A DNA stretch of 64,000 nt, from the NCBI GenBank assembly GCA_964016885.1, contig OZ024754.1:36270001-36334000 (forward strand). Reading direction: 5' to 3'. The notes under the pieces were generated by a model. That model saw only the letters and a program-made list of their open reading frames with translations, was not told the origin of the DNA and did no database searches. The stretch comes from Eledone cirrhosa (taxonomy: Eukaryota). The position numbers and the translations under genes are program-made. This document shows, piece by piece, positions 1 through 15,495 of this stretch (its first letter is position 1; each line of letters begins with the position of its first letter).

Positions 1-159
1 ACAAAAAAGGAGGAATATGTTAGGAACATATTATAAGATCCGTGGAATAATTATAGTAATGGAATAAAAACGACTTTGAATAATTTCTGGTTTGTATGAA
101 TATATTACGATACAAAGTAACTTTCTAGCACACACACATGCATAGATACACTGACATAT

Positions 160-206
160 GTATTGAGTACTCTGGTGCGTTACGGTTCCTTACCACAATT
201 CCTTTG

Positions 207-209
<3 letters not shown>
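160..209 (+). mobile_element. Inverted duplicate of the family A tail
   Basis: Reverse complement of 622-671, sharing the same private deletion (ggaaccgtaacgcacc). Confidence 0.8.
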
Positions 210-253
<44 letters not shown>

Positions 254-260
254 TACAAAC

Positions 261-405
<145 letters not shown>

Positions 406-455
406 TACATACATAAATATATATATGTATATATATATATATATTTATGTATGTA

Positions 456-512
<57 letters not shown>

Positions 513-565
513 GTATATATATATATGTATATATATATATGTGTATATATATATATATGTTTGTA

Positions 566-621
<56 letters not shown>

Positions 622-624
<3 letters not shown>

Positions 625-795
625 CAAAGGAATTGTGGTAAGGAACCGTAACGCACCGGAGTACTCAATACGTAAGAGTGGGAAATAGGAAAAAGTATGA
701 CCCCGACGGCAGAGCTAGAGCCGTTTCGACGGCTATTTCTGGACTGAAATAGCCGTCGAAACGGCTTGAGCTCTGCCGTTGGGGTCGTACTTTTT

Positions 796-799
<4 letters not shown>
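622..799 (-). mobile_element. Family A fold-back element (subfamily A2), (TA)n-flanked, putative PLE pLTR derivative
   Basis: Inverted arms taggaaaaagtatgaccccgacggcagagct...agctctgccgttggggtcgtactttttccta plus a one-sided tail; homologous to copies at 1.9, 19.3, 43.4, 50.3, 56.7 and 57.8 kb. Confidence 0.8.
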
Positions 800-858
<59 letters not shown>

Positions 859-1348
859 ATGAATGTATGTATGCACATATATGTGTATATATATCTCGTA
901 TATTCAGAATATGCTTAGTGCCTTTACCACATATACCATAAAACAAGCACATGTGTGTTTATGTGTGCGTATATATTATGTATGTTTATGTGTGCGTATA
1001 TACACATACGGTAAACTAAGCCACACACATACAAGACAGATCTATATAGATACACATGTATAGATGAGAAACATGAGAAACAAAGCAAAATGATCCCACA
1101 CTATGCTGCTATTTCTCAGTAGCATTTCGTTTTCTGAATTGCGTAGGGTAATTGATTATCGATTTATAGATCTACTATGTTCATGGAATATTCATTAAAG
1201 TTATTCTATTACTGTTGTTGATTAACGCTTGAATAATCTATTGGTTTCTCTCCCTTATTATTTATAAATGCTATTGGTTTAAACTCTTTAGGGTCTTCAG
1301 ATGTCAACCTTAATTATACATTGCACAAGTTGTGTCGTTAGGCTTTTG

Positions 1349-1428
<80 letters not shown>

Positions 1429-1456
1429 TATATAGATATATACTGTATATATATGT

Positions 1457-1541
1457 ATGTAAAATGTAAACAGAAATAACAACACAGTCGCTACAGTATA
1501 TTAGGTTAACGCTTGATATAGTAGGAAGAGGGTCTTAACGT
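1457..1541 (-). mobile_element. Family B PLE-like end fragment, truncated at the HHR stem III palindrome
   Basis: Matches 43967-44065 and 50077-50175; homology stops at ggtcttaacgt. Confidence 0.65.
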
Positions 1542-1557
1542 GTGTTTGTGCGCGCGC

Positions 1558-1644
<87 letters not shown>

Positions 1645-1645
<1 letters not shown>

Positions 1646-1891
1646 GTAGAAGTTCTATTTAAATTGTTGGGATACAACAAGCAAATATTTTTATAACTGA
1701 TATAAAGCACTCAACAAATAATTGGAGTAAAAATACGATATTAACAAATGGAAGCTATATTTATAAAACCATATTTATTTCATTATACATATTTCAAGGA
1801 CACCAAGTTAAATTATGGTGTGCTTTCATCAGATAAAATATAATATAGAGCAGTTTTTAATGAAATAAATATGGTTTCCATTTTTAATATC

Positions 1892-1895
<4 letters not shown>
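1645..1895 (-). mobile_element. (TA)n-flanked asymmetric fold-back element with HHR
   Basis: 1858-1895 is an inverted copy (with internal deletion) of 1733-1785; tail 1645-1732; (TA)n on both sides. Confidence 0.65.
1780..1836 (-). ncRNA. Minimal type-I hammerhead ribozyme
   Basis: Minus strand UUAU-CUGAUGA-AAGCACACCA(loop)UGGUGUCCUU-GAAA-U-AUGU-AUA/AUGA: intact core, 10-bp stem II with one mismatch, 4-bp stem I. Confidence 0.7.
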
Positions 1896-1926
<31 letters not shown>

Positions 1927-1929
<3 letters not shown>

Positions 1930-2116
1930 CGAAGGAAATGTGGTAAGGAACCAGGTGGACGATAACGCACCAAAGTACTCAATACTTAGGGTAGTAGAGT
2001 GGGTAATAGGAACAAGTAAGACCCCGACGGCTGAGCTCAAGCCGTTTCGACGGCTAATTCTGGACTGAATTAGCCGTCGAAACGGCTTGAGCTCAGCCGT
2101 CGAGGTCTTACTTGTT

Positions 2117-2120
<4 letters not shown>
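1927..2120 (-). mobile_element. Family A fold-back element (A1)
   Basis: Tail 1927-2006, then ~55-bp inverted arms around ctggactg; (TA)n on both sides. Confidence 0.85.
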
Positions 2121-2157
<37 letters not shown>

Positions 2158-2358
2158 GAAAAAGTGAAGAATAACATGATCAACAGTATAAACAATGAAA
2201 TTTATTCACAGTCTAACAATTGTTTCTATGATGGAGTTGTCTAAAAATTGCTAAACACTGAAGTTAGTGGCACTCAATTTAAAAGATATGCAACATCCAT
2301 CATTTCGTCATTGTTTTCACAACCTCTTATCGGATTACCTTTAACTATATATTGTTAT

Positions 2359-2454
<96 letters not shown>

Positions 2455-2455
2455 T

Positions 2456-3330
<875 letters not shown>

Positions 3331-3436
3331 ATAAATATTATTGATATTAATGATACTCCAGATAAATACTGTTGAGTGCTTCTATTCTGTTGTAAAATTA
3401 ACTTTGTTGAATAATCAACAAACCAAATAACTCATT

Positions 3437-3550
<114 letters not shown>

Positions 3551-3794
3551 TTAGGATTCAGCTTCATGAACAGCTGTATACAGATATGTATTGAAATTTC
3601 GTATTTCTAAAGAAATACGGTATGTTTATGGATAAACATTTAGTAAGCCGTGGCTATGCAAAACACAGGGGTTATCGCCCGCGCTTGTGGTGTCCAGCAG
3701 AAGCAAGGGGGATAATCGTCAATGCATTTCGAACTTAACTGGTTCTCATCAGGACGATCACTCCCGCTGTATGTTTTATGTATGTGTGAATGTG

Positions 3795-4112
3795 CATGGC
3801 TTTGTAGTTAGGGCTTTCGGCTTCCAGTCGTAAGGTCGTGAGCTCGATTCCCGCTGATGCGTTGTGTCCTTGAGCAAGACACTTTATTTCGCGCTGCTTC
3901 AGTTCACTCAGTTGGCAAAAGATGAGGTGTGCCTGTAATTTGAAGGGCCAGCCTTGTCATATTCTGTGTCACGCGGAATCTCCTTGAGAATTACTTTAAG
4001 GGTACACGTGTCTATGGAATGCTCAGCCACTTGCACGTTAATCTCACGAGCAGGCTGTTCCGTTGATCCTATCAACTGGAACACTTGTCGTCGTAACGGA
4101 CAGAGTGCCCAG
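3795..4112 (+). mobile_element. tRNA-derived SINE (CORE-like centre)
   Basis: Degenerate A box (tggctttgtagtt), B box (gctcgattccc), gtgtccttgagcaagacactt motif; a related copy lies at 37140-37342. Confidence 0.7.
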
Positions 4113-4169
4113 TTTTATATATGTATGTATGTGTGTATGTATATATATATATGTGTAAATATATATATA

Positions 4170-4200
<31 letters not shown>

Positions 4201-4400
4201 GTACAGGCTTGTTCTCCAATAAACCACATATTTACAGCTTGAATAATTTTTATTGCTTTAATAAAAAGACTTCTTTTGATTGTTTACGGTGTTATGAGCC
4301 GTATAAAAATATGCACTCATTTTGACCAGCGGTGCTTACGTGCACACACACACACACACATATGTATACTCACACACATATATATATACGTTTATATATG

Positions 4401-4458
<58 letters not shown>

Positions 4459-5021
4459 TTGTGTGTATATGTATGTATATGTAAAAATCCATATATATAT
4501 ACTTATAAATCCATATATGCTTATATGTGTGTGTGGTTGTGCGCATGCGGATGTTTGTGTGTGTGACATATACATCTATGTGTGGATATGCATATTAATG
4601 TATTCAAACATTTTTTTTTAAAATAGCAAATAAGATAATGAAACGAAGGAGACACAGATAAAGACATAATATAAAAGAAATCCACCAAAATCTCGCACGA
4701 GTCAACTATTGTAAATCATCATAATTACAACAGCCACCATCTTGAACAGGAATAAAATTATAATTCCGCCATCCTGTTTATCTAGAATCTAATCTAATAT
4801 CTCTCTATTCTATAGTGTTTGGGAACAAAAACAATGGCAAAGAAACATGCTGGTTGCCATTGTACAGTGATGAGTGATATAAGTACTCTGTGAACCGAAT
4901 CTCTGCCTCCCGGGTTCAATTCCCAGATGAATTCGCTTCACATTTATTTACATTAAAATATTCTCTCCCGAGGGTGATGGAGGGTAAATTCCACATTTCC
5001 CTTTCTAATCAGAAATGAACC

Positions 5022-5109
<88 letters not shown>

Positions 5110-5111
<2 letters not shown>

Positions 5112-5355
5112 TTACTTATCGCAAATCCCAGGAAACCCGCGTATAGGAGAAATACAAAAGATAGTACTAATGGGAACTGCCCATATACTAAGGAAGATTC
5201 TGTCAATATAAGTACATCACAAGTCTAAACACCTAAAGATGCATGTGTGAGTATGTATGTTCTTTCTTGAACATGGCGGGCCTTGTTGTCTCTTGAGGTC
5301 ACTGGTTGTGACTTGGTGAAAACTCGTATGAACATAAAGCAAGATAAATGCAGCT

Positions 5356-5389
<34 letters not shown>

Positions 5390-5390
5390 G
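5110..5390 (+). mobile_element. 5'-truncated R4/Dong-like LINE 3' end inside (TAA)n
   Basis: Translates LSQIPGNPRIGEIQKIVLMGTAHILRKILSI*, resembling the R4/Dong C-terminus; (TAA)n on both sides. Confidence 0.65.
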
Positions 5391-5461
5391 AAGAAGAAGA
5401 AGAATGGTAATTTATTATTCCATGTCCATACCTGCATTGTTTTGGCTTTACATATTCAAAC

Positions 5462-5974
<513 letters not shown>

Positions 5975-6244
5975 TAGATATACCAAAGATACTATGCAAT
6001 GAAACCGGGGCCGGAAATGTCTGATTATCAAGCGAATCTCTTAATCATATAAGCTAACTTATGGTTAAACAACAACCCCCACTCTGCCATCAGAATGATT
6101 AAACCAGCAGAACCTTAAAAAGGACCACCCTCTTTAGCCAGGCACACTGTAAACCCAATTATTGTAACTACAACCATGACCTTTGCTGACCCAAAACATG
6201 AAGACCCATCACAATATGAAATATCAAATCTCAACTGCTATTGT

Positions 6245-6922
6245 CACCAACGCCATCACCATCGCCACCATTACTACTACAACCACCACCACCGCCGCCA
6301 TCATTACCACAACCACCATCAACACCACCATCATCACTACCACAACGAGCACCGCAACCACCATCATGATTACTACTACCAACACCGCCACCAGCCCCAT
6401 GAGTCCTATCACCACCACAACCACCATCATCACTACCACAACCAACACCACCGCCAACACCACCATCACTACCACAACCAACACCACCGCCATCATCATC
6501 ATCACTACCACAACCAACACCACAACCACCACCATCACCACCACAACCACTATCATCACTACAATCACCAACACCACCACCAGCACTACCATTATACCAC
6601 AACCACCATCATCACTACTACAACCAACACCACCGCCATCATCATCATCACTACCACAACCAACACCACCGCCATCATCATCTTCACTACCACCACCAAC
6701 ACCACCACCACCACCATCATCACCACCACCAACACCACCAACACCACTACCACCAACACCACCACTGCAACCAACACCACCATCACCACTACAACCAACA
6801 TCACCGCCATCATCATCTTCACTACCACCACCAACACCACCACCATCATCATCATCATCATCATCGCCACCAACACCGCCACCACCACTACAACGACCAC
6901 CACCAACACCACTACCACCAAC

Positions 6923-6953
<31 letters not shown>

Positions 6954-7152
6954 CCACCAACACCGCCACCACCACTACAACGACCACCACCAACACCACT
7001 ACCACCAACACCACCACTACAACCAACACCACCACCACCACCATCATCATCATCACCACCAACACCGCCACCGCCACTACAACGACCACCACCAACACCA
7101 CTACCACCAACACCACCACTACAACCAACACCACCATCACCACTACAACCAA
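6245..7152. repeat. Compound (CAC/CAT/CAA/TAC)n trinucleotide array
   Basis: Direct reading; source of the His/Thr/Pro-rich ORFs. Confidence 0.9.
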
Positions 7153-7297
7153 CAAACCCGCCCACTTATCCTAGCAACGGTTACCAAGGAGACATTCATG
7201 CCTGGAATTCACTAACCTTAGTTAGAGGTGCGTCCCTTTACTGGAATCTCATCCCCCCCTCTCTCTCTCTCTCTTTCATTTAATCTCTTTCTCCTAC

Positions 7298-7362
7298 GTT
7301 TCCGGTTGCATGAAGCACGTGCCGTCATGTGGTTGTACCACGTGACATCACGTGCCATTGGC
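7298..7362. promoter_or_regulatory. Candidate E-box cluster
   Basis: CACGTG at 7316, 7339 and 7349, CATGTG at 7326, reverse CCAAT at 7357-7361, in a unique island. Confidence 0.3.
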
Positions 7363-7427
7363 CAGTCACATATCAGGTTGCTTGCTGTAAATTGCTGAAG
7401 GATGAAAACAATTGGAGCATTGAGGGT

Positions 7428-7871
7428 GTGATGATGATGGTGGTGGTGGTGGTGGTGGTGGTGGTGATGATGAGGGTGATGGTGATGATGATGGTGGTGG
7501 TGGTGGTGGTGGTGGTGATGGGGGTGATGGTGATGATGGTGGTGGTGGTGGTGATGATGATGATGGTGGTGGTGGTGGTGGTGCTGATGGTGATGATGGT
7601 GGTGATGATGATGGTGATGGTGATGATGGTGATGATGATGAGGGTGATGGTGGTGATGATGGTGGTGATGATGATGATGGTGATGATGGTGTTGGTTATG
7701 GTGATGGTGATGATGGTGATGATGGTGATGGTGATGATGATGATGGTGATGATGATGATGATGATAGCGCTGGTGATGATGGTGATGGTGACGGTGATGG
7801 TGATGATGGTGATGATGATGATGATGGTGATGATGGTGACGATAACGATGATGATGATGATGATGATGATG
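7428..7871. repeat. (GAT/GGT)n array
   Basis: Direct reading. Confidence 0.9.
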
Positions 7872-7934
7872 TCTATATGTATACTTGCTTTTCTGTCTAT
7901 CAATCTCTTCCCACCTACCCGTTTATCAATTTAA

Positions 7935-8006
<72 letters not shown>

Positions 8007-8285
8007 TCTATCCCTATGTATGTCTGTCTGCCTGACTGTCTCTCCGTCAGTCTAACTATCCGTCTATTTATTTATCTATCTTTATATTATCTACCTATTT
8101 ATCTATATATATATTTACCAATGTATCTATCTGCGGACATAAACAAAAAAACAAAGCCTAAATCCTATATATATATATATATATATTAATATATATGTGC
8201 GCGTGTGTGTGTACAAAGTAAAAAGAAATGACAAAGCAAACGACAGAGTACAATTAGTTGAACGCTTGAAATAATAGGAAAATAG

Positions 8286-8321
8286 TCTTAATGTTTCGGA
8301 CACTAGTCCTTCATCAGAAGA
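8286..8321 (-). ncRNA. Family B minimal HHR, diverged copy (element ~8205-8400)
   Basis: UCUU-CUGAUGA-AGGAC-UAGU-GUCC-GAAAC-AUU-AAGA. Confidence 0.55.
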
Positions 8322-8507
8322 TAGAATGAGAAATAAAAGATGAAATAGAAAGATAAAAGATAGAGAGTGAGAAGAGGAAGGAACGGGGAACAAAATGAGG
8401 AAAAAATACACACGTGCGTATTGAACCAGCCATTTTGAAAATATACATATGTATGTATATATAATATATACATATAAATATATATTCCTTTAATTTTCTT
8501 TTCTATC

Positions 8508-9752
8508 TGTCACCTTGCCCAATTGCATCTCTCAAAGGACCGTGACCTATGGCGTTTCGCAACAATACAGAAGATCCGACTTTCCACGGGTACAAGCGGA
8601 AGCTGAAGCATATGGACAATATGCCTCCACCCCCTCCCACTGTAAAGTCGTCGTGTAGGTGTCACGAGAAAAAGCACCCAGTCTACACTGTAAAGTGGTC
8701 GTGTAGGTGTCACGACAAAAAGCACCAAATCCACCCTGTAAAGTGGTCGTGTAGGTGTCACGAGAAAAAGCACCCAGTCTACACTGTAAAGTGGTCGTGT
8801 AGGTGTCACGACAAAAAGCACCAAATCCACACTGTAAAGTGGTCGTGTAGGTGTCACGACAAAAAGCACCAAATCCACACTGTAAAGTGGTCGTGTAGGT
8901 GTCACGACAAAAAGCACCAAATCCACACTGTAAAGTGGTCGTGTAGGTGTCACGACAAAAAGCACCAAATCCACACTGTAAAGTGGTCGTGTAGGTGTCA
9001 CGACAAAAAGCACCAAATCCACACTGTAAAGTGGTCGTGTAGGCACCACGGTAAAAAAAAAAGCACCCAGTCTACACTGTAAAGTGGTCGTGTAGGTGTC
9101 ACGACAAAAAGCACCAAATCCACCCTGTAAAGTGGTCGTGTAGGTGTCACGACAAAAAGCACCAAATCCACACTGTAAAGTGGTCGTGTAGGTGTCACGA
9201 CAAAAAGCACCAAATCCACACTGTAAAGTGGTCGTGTAGGTGTCACGACAAAAAGCACCAAATCCACACTGTAAAGTGGTCGTGTAGGCACCACGGTAAA
9301 AAAAAAGCACCCAGTCTACACTGTAAAGTGGTCGTGTAGGTGTCACGACAAAAAGCACCAAATCCACACTGTAAAGTGGTCGTGTAGGTGTCACGAGAAA
9401 AAGCACCCAGTCTACACTGTAAAGTGGTCGTGTAGGTGTCACGACAAAAAGCACCAAATCCACACTGTAAAGTGGTCGTGTAGGTGTCACGACAAAAAGC
9501 ACCAAATCCACACTGTAAAGTGGTCGTGTAGGCACCACGGTAAAAAAAAAAGCACCCAGTACTCACTATAAATGAGGTTGGTGTTAGGAAGGGCACCCAG
9601 CTGTAGAAATCAAGCCAAAATCAGTTCAGTATGAACAAGACATGGTCACCTGACCTGGCATTGCCCGCAACAGGACAACCCGTCTAACCTATGCTAGCGT
9701 GGAAGAATGGACATAAAGCGGTTATGATGATGATGATGATGATGATGATGAT
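8508..9752 (+). mobile_element. RTE-clade LINE 3' end with expanded minisatellite in its 3' UTR
   Basis: KDRDLWRFATIQKIR resembles DRELWRYSVIEKTR at 13.0 kb; shared ggttggtgttaggaagggca..agctgtagaaa UTR; (GAT)n tail. Confidence 0.65.
8638..9560. repeat. 48-bp minisatellite, ~19 copies
   Basis: Unit cactgtaaagtggtcgtgtaggtgtcacgacaaaaagcaccaaatcca; gives the 16-aa period in the ORF track. Confidence 0.95.
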
Positions 9753-10018
9753 GGTGAAAAGGAGGAGGAGGAGGAGAATGTATCTATTGATATATCTGCT
9801 TACCTGTCTCTTTAGTTAGCTAACTATGATGTACCCGCCTCTATATTGATGTACCCCCCTCATATATCTAGCTATATATATATATCTCCCGTCTTTCAAT
9901 CTTCTTTGAAATTACGTATAATCGGCACTAGTTTCCCACTTTTATTTCCAACTACTGGAGCACAGAATCACTGACACCGCTCAGCAGAAAATCACCAATC
10001 ACACGTAGAAATATTCTA

Positions 10019-10078
10019 AACTATTCTTAACTATTCTTAACTATTCTTAACCATTCTTAACCATTCTTAACCATTCTT
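10019..10078. repeat. 10-bp tandem repeat (AACYATTCTT)x6
   Basis: Direct reading. Confidence 0.85.
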
Positions 10079-10292
10079 TCATTCTCTCGCTTAGTAATTA
10101 TTTCCCTTGCTCACTCTCAGATATTTTCATATATTTATTTATTTATTTATTTATTTGTAAATTTATTTGTTTGTTTGTTTGTTTGTTTGTTTCATATTTC
10201 TCTTCTTGAGTTTATTAAATCCTGCATACCTCTCTCAACCATTGTATTTCCACTGACACCCTTCCTCGCCATCGTTCAATCAATCACCCTCT

Positions 10293-10394
<102 letters not shown>

Positions 10395-10446
10395 ATTTTA
10401 TATATATATACATATATATATATATGTGTGTATATATATATATGTC

Positions 10447-10487
<41 letters not shown>

Positions 10488-10521
10488 GTGTGTGTATATA
10501 TATATATATGTATATATATAA

Positions 10522-10604
<83 letters not shown>

Positions 10605-10742
10605 CACATATATATACATATATACAAATATACATATATACAAATATACATATATACATATATACATATATACATATATACTTATACATATATACATATA
10701 TACATATATACATATATACTTATACATATATACATATATATA

Positions 10743-10787
<45 letters not shown>

Positions 10788-11242
10788 ACACAGACACATA
10801 TGTGCATATATGCGAGCATGCGTGTATATATATGTGTGTGTGTGTGTGTGCCCATGTTCTTGCGTGTGTGTGTGTGTGCGCGCGCGTGTGTGAGTGTGTG
10901 TGTGTGCATGTCTGTTTGCAGTTGTCTCTCTTTGTCTCGGCTATTTGTATTTCACGACGCCACCACCGCAACACCTTCACCCCCACCTTTTAGCTCCACC
11001 CCCTTCCCACAGTGTCGCTATCAGCAGAAACTTGGGCCATTTAAGTCAATTATCAGTCAGTGCTGTCAGGATACAGCACTTCCGGTAATGGAAGGCGTCG
11101 ACGACAATGAAGAAGAAGAAGAAGAAGAAGAAGAAGAAGAAGAAGAAGAAGAAGAAGAAGAAGAAAGAGAAGAAGAAGGACAACATTATGAAGAAGTCTA
11201 AGAAATTCTCTAATCAGCTTGTTGGTACACACATGGAGAGAT

Positions 11243-11347
<105 letters not shown>

Positions 11348-11375
11348 TGATTAAAATCTATTTTATTAATATTTG

Positions 11376-11418
<43 letters not shown>

Positions 11419-11431
11419 GTATATATATTTA

Positions 11432-11557
<126 letters not shown>

Positions 11558-11573
11558 AAGAGAGAGAGGGAGA

Positions 11574-11807
11574 GTCTGTACTGCTGAGACCGAGGCGACC
11601 AGTAATCATGGAAGTACTCGATATATGGTGAGATGTAGAGTGGGTATAGAGATATGTAAAATCCCGACCGCAGCGCCGCCAAGCGGTTTCGGCTTACTTG
11701 TTCAGCAAGCATTTTCAAAGGCTATATAATACAGATATTACTACACTCTTGAAAAGGCTTGCCGAACACACAAGCCGAAACCGCTTGGCGGCGCTGCGAT
11801 TGGGACT
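11574..11807 (-). mobile_element. (GA)n-anchored fold-back element with HHR-like variant
   Basis: Inverted arms 11661-11720 / 11748-11805; UUGAAAA-GGCUUG..CAAGCC-GAAAC-CGC..GCG; tail similar to 57335-57430, which abuts (TC)n. Confidence 0.6.
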
Positions 11808-11811
11808 CTAA

Positions 11812-11983
11812 TGTCGGGTTCAATCGGGGGTAACCACAGTAAGTAAGGTACTCAATACATAGCAGAGTATAAATATTTAATATAGAAATGGCTTCTGCAG
11901 GACTAGAACTGTTTCATTCGGGAGAAATCATCAGGGCTTCCTGAATGAAACAGTTCTATTCTGTAGAAGCCTTTCTATATTAT
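11812..11983 (-). mobile_element. Fold-back element with degenerate HHR
   Basis: Arms 11878-11922 / 11939-11983; minus strand CCCUGAUGA-UUUC..GAAU-GAAAC-AG. Confidence 0.55.
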
Positions 11984-11998
11984 ATATATATATACATT

Positions 11999-12805
<807 letters not shown>

Positions 12806-12814
12806 ATATATATA

Positions 12815-13566
12815 TAGAGGGATCAGATGTTGTTTACTCGAGAGAAGGCTACGTTGGTATGGTCACGTGATGCGCATGAAAGACGACAGCTGTATAACAA
12901 AGGGCAGGGCAATAAAGATAGACGGTAGCCACGGAGTAGGCAGACCCAGAAAAACCTGGGACGAGCTGATAAATTCCGACCTCACACACTTACACCTCTC
13001 CAAGACAATGTCACTGGACCGAGAGCTTTGGCGGTACTCAGTAATAGAGAAGACCCGCGTTACCTAAATACAAAGTAAAACCTACTACAGTCAGTAGGCA
13101 TCTCTAACAAAACACACCCCCCCCCCCATACACACCGCCCCTTTCAATGTAAAGTTATGTTGGTGCCAGAAAATCCAGGCCGAAACAAATGAGATCGTGT
13201 AGGTGTCACGACAAAAAAAAAACACACAGTCCACGCTGTAATGTGACCGTGTAGGCAACACGGTAAAAACGTCCCAGTCCCACACTGTAAATGTGGTTGG
13301 TGTTAGGAAGGGCATCCAGCTGTAGAAAACCTGCCAGACAGTCCACGCTGTAATGTGGCCGTGTAGGCAACACGGTAAAAACCTCCCAGCCCCACACTGT
13401 AAATGTGGTTGGTGTTAGGAAGGGCATCCAACTGTAGAAAACCCGCCAGACAGTCCTATGCGAGCAAGACAACCACTCTTGTCTCAAGTGGAAAAACTCC
13501 TGTCCAAACCCATGCAAGCATGGAACACGGACGTTAAACGATGATGATGATGATGATGATGATGAT
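12815..13566 (+). mobile_element. RTE-clade LINE 3' end
   Basis: RRLRWYGHVMRM...GRPRKTW...DRELWR motifs; 3' UTR with internal repeats; (GAT)n tail. Confidence 0.8.
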
Positions 13567-13589
13567 ATATATATATATATATATATATA

Positions 13590-14100
13590 AAGAGGTACTG
13601 GGTAAAGACACCCTTCGGTATAGATTGCACTAAAGAATACTGGTGGAACTTGAAAATAAAATCTCCCGTCTAATTAAAGCACAACTGGCCTGATATTGTT
13701 GTTTGGGACCACATATTGAAAACGTGTTCTGTTGTAGAGAGCAGCTGCTCACTTGATGTCAACGTTGTAAGAAAATACAAGAGAAGGAGGACATCTCGGA
13801 CCATTTATGAGGAGTTTGCAGATCCAGTATCTATGCTACACCTTCAGCTTCATACCCATCATTATTGGTGCTACAGGTCATATACCAACCCGCTTGGACC
13901 AAAGTATCACTGAACGTGGATTTGTGGACAAAGAGCGCAGCTCCCTAATTCATAGTCGACAAATGGCTGCGATAGCTGGCACCTTCAAAATCTGCAAAAC
14001 CTTCTTGCGATTCAAGGTATGACAATTTCTTTTCTTTTACAGCCTTGCCACCAGGAAGGTGGCCTGACAAAAATGTACTCGAAATTAACAGAAGGAGCAA
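13590..14100 (+). mobile_element. R4/Dong-like LINE remnant (restriction-like endonuclease domain + 3' UTR)
   Basis: KEYWWN..KHNWPDIVVWD..CSVVE.SC..DVN and IPIIIGATG..GTFKICKTFL; frameshifted; ends at (CATA)n. Confidence 0.8.
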
Positions 14101-14180
14101 CATACATACATACCTACCTACCTACATATATACATACGTGCGTACATATATACATACATACATACATACATACATACATA

Positions 14181-14768
14181 CATGGTGGCTGCCAACTCGT
14201 TTTCGAGTACGACCACTACTTTATATCCATGTAGGAGAACCCCTACCGATGCGCTGAACGAGTGTGACTTTTTAGTCCAGCCAGCGACTTGAAAACTCTG
14301 GTACAAACACTACACTTGTGACAACTATTGACACATAGTGTTGGGCCCATGGTACCATGTGACGACAAGTGCGGAGAGATCTCCAGATATAAAGCAATGC
14401 CTGTGCCGTGAAGCTTTTATAGTGAGCAAAGGCACTGCACAAAGCCAGTCCCACTCTCTTAACCAAGATGATATTTACCAAAAAGAAGAACTAGTCAACA
14501 TCATTGGATACCATCAGGGTTGCAGGTGTTATATCAGAGTTTTCCTTCTCCTAGAATTCTGCCTTGACAAAGGCTAAGGGGTCATCTCTCCCAGTGATTT
14601 TGGATGGCCATTGACACTTAAGAGCTCCTTTGCCCTTTGACAGGTTTTGTTTTTAGTCCTGCAGGATGTCCAAAGTCACCCTCCTCACCAAGAAACCTTG
14701 ATGGGGTTGCCAGTTTAGTCGCCAACGACCCGACCATGAGACAGGTTGTACTGGGATACATGTTACCA
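14181..14768 (-). mobile_element. Non-autonomous bipartite RTE-like retroposon
   Basis: RTE-5'UTR-like part (gaaggaaaactctga) fused to a C-terminal C2H2 finger CSVC.RVFKSLAGLKSHTRSAH; (TATG)n tail; 3 copies in window. Confidence 0.6.
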
Positions 14769-14820
14769 TACATACATACATACATACATACATACATACA
14801 TACATACATACATACAAACA

Positions 14821-14854
<34 letters not shown>

Positions 14855-14890
14855 CATACATACATACATACATACATACATACATACATA

Positions 14891-15164
14891 GTATCCAAGA
14901 TACACCTTTAGCTTCATACCCATCATTATTGGTGCTACGGGTTATATACCAACCCGCTTGGACCAAAGTATGACTGAACTTGGATTTGCGGACAAAAAGC
15001 GCAGCTCCCTAATTCATAGTCTACAAATGGCTGCGATAGCTGGCACCTTCAACATTTGCAAAACCTTCTTGCGATTCAAGGGATAACAATTTCTTTTCTG
15101 TTACAGCCTTGCCACCAGGAAAGTGGCCTGTCAAAAATGTACTCGAAATTAAGAGAAGGAGCAA
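14891..15164 (+). mobile_element. R4/Dong-like LINE 3' end
   Basis: Near-identical to 13825-14100; (CATA)n on both sides. Confidence 0.8.
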
Positions 15165-15349
15165 CATACATACCTACCTACCTACATACATACATACATA
15201 CATACATACATACATACATACATACATACATACATACATACATACATACATACATACATACATACATACATACATACATACAGTAAAACACTCTTCAGAG
15301 GAAGTAAATATCGTACAAAGTATGGTTATATACAACTTGCCCTGCTCTA

Positions 15350-15495
15350 AGGCAGCGAATTGGCAGAATCGTTGGGACATCAAATAGAATATTTTACGGT
15401 ATTTGCCTCGGCTTTCTAAGCTCTGAGATCAAATCAGATCGAAATCAACATTACATTTCATTATACTCGACACCGATAAAACCAAAAGTACCCGT
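15350..15495 (+). mobile_element. Degenerate Meta-type SINE
   Basis: ggcagcgaattggcagaatcgtt...catttcat...cgataaaa..aagtacc, similar to 42485-42673. Confidence 0.45.

Noticed and set aside
6176-7283. His-rich, Thr-rich or Pro-rich 330-370-aa ORFs (mucin/extensin-like)
   Set aside because: Trinucleotide array open in multiple frames; no domain or splice evidence
8510-9596. Repeat protein or CRISPR-like array
   Set aside because: Head-to-tail 48-bp units with no unique spacers and no cas genes; eukaryotic LINE UTR context
14701-14770. Complete HDV-like ribozyme at the retroposon 5' end
   Set aside because: P2, P4 and J4/2-like parts are present, but L3 is too short and no P1 could be assigned; kept only as a lead
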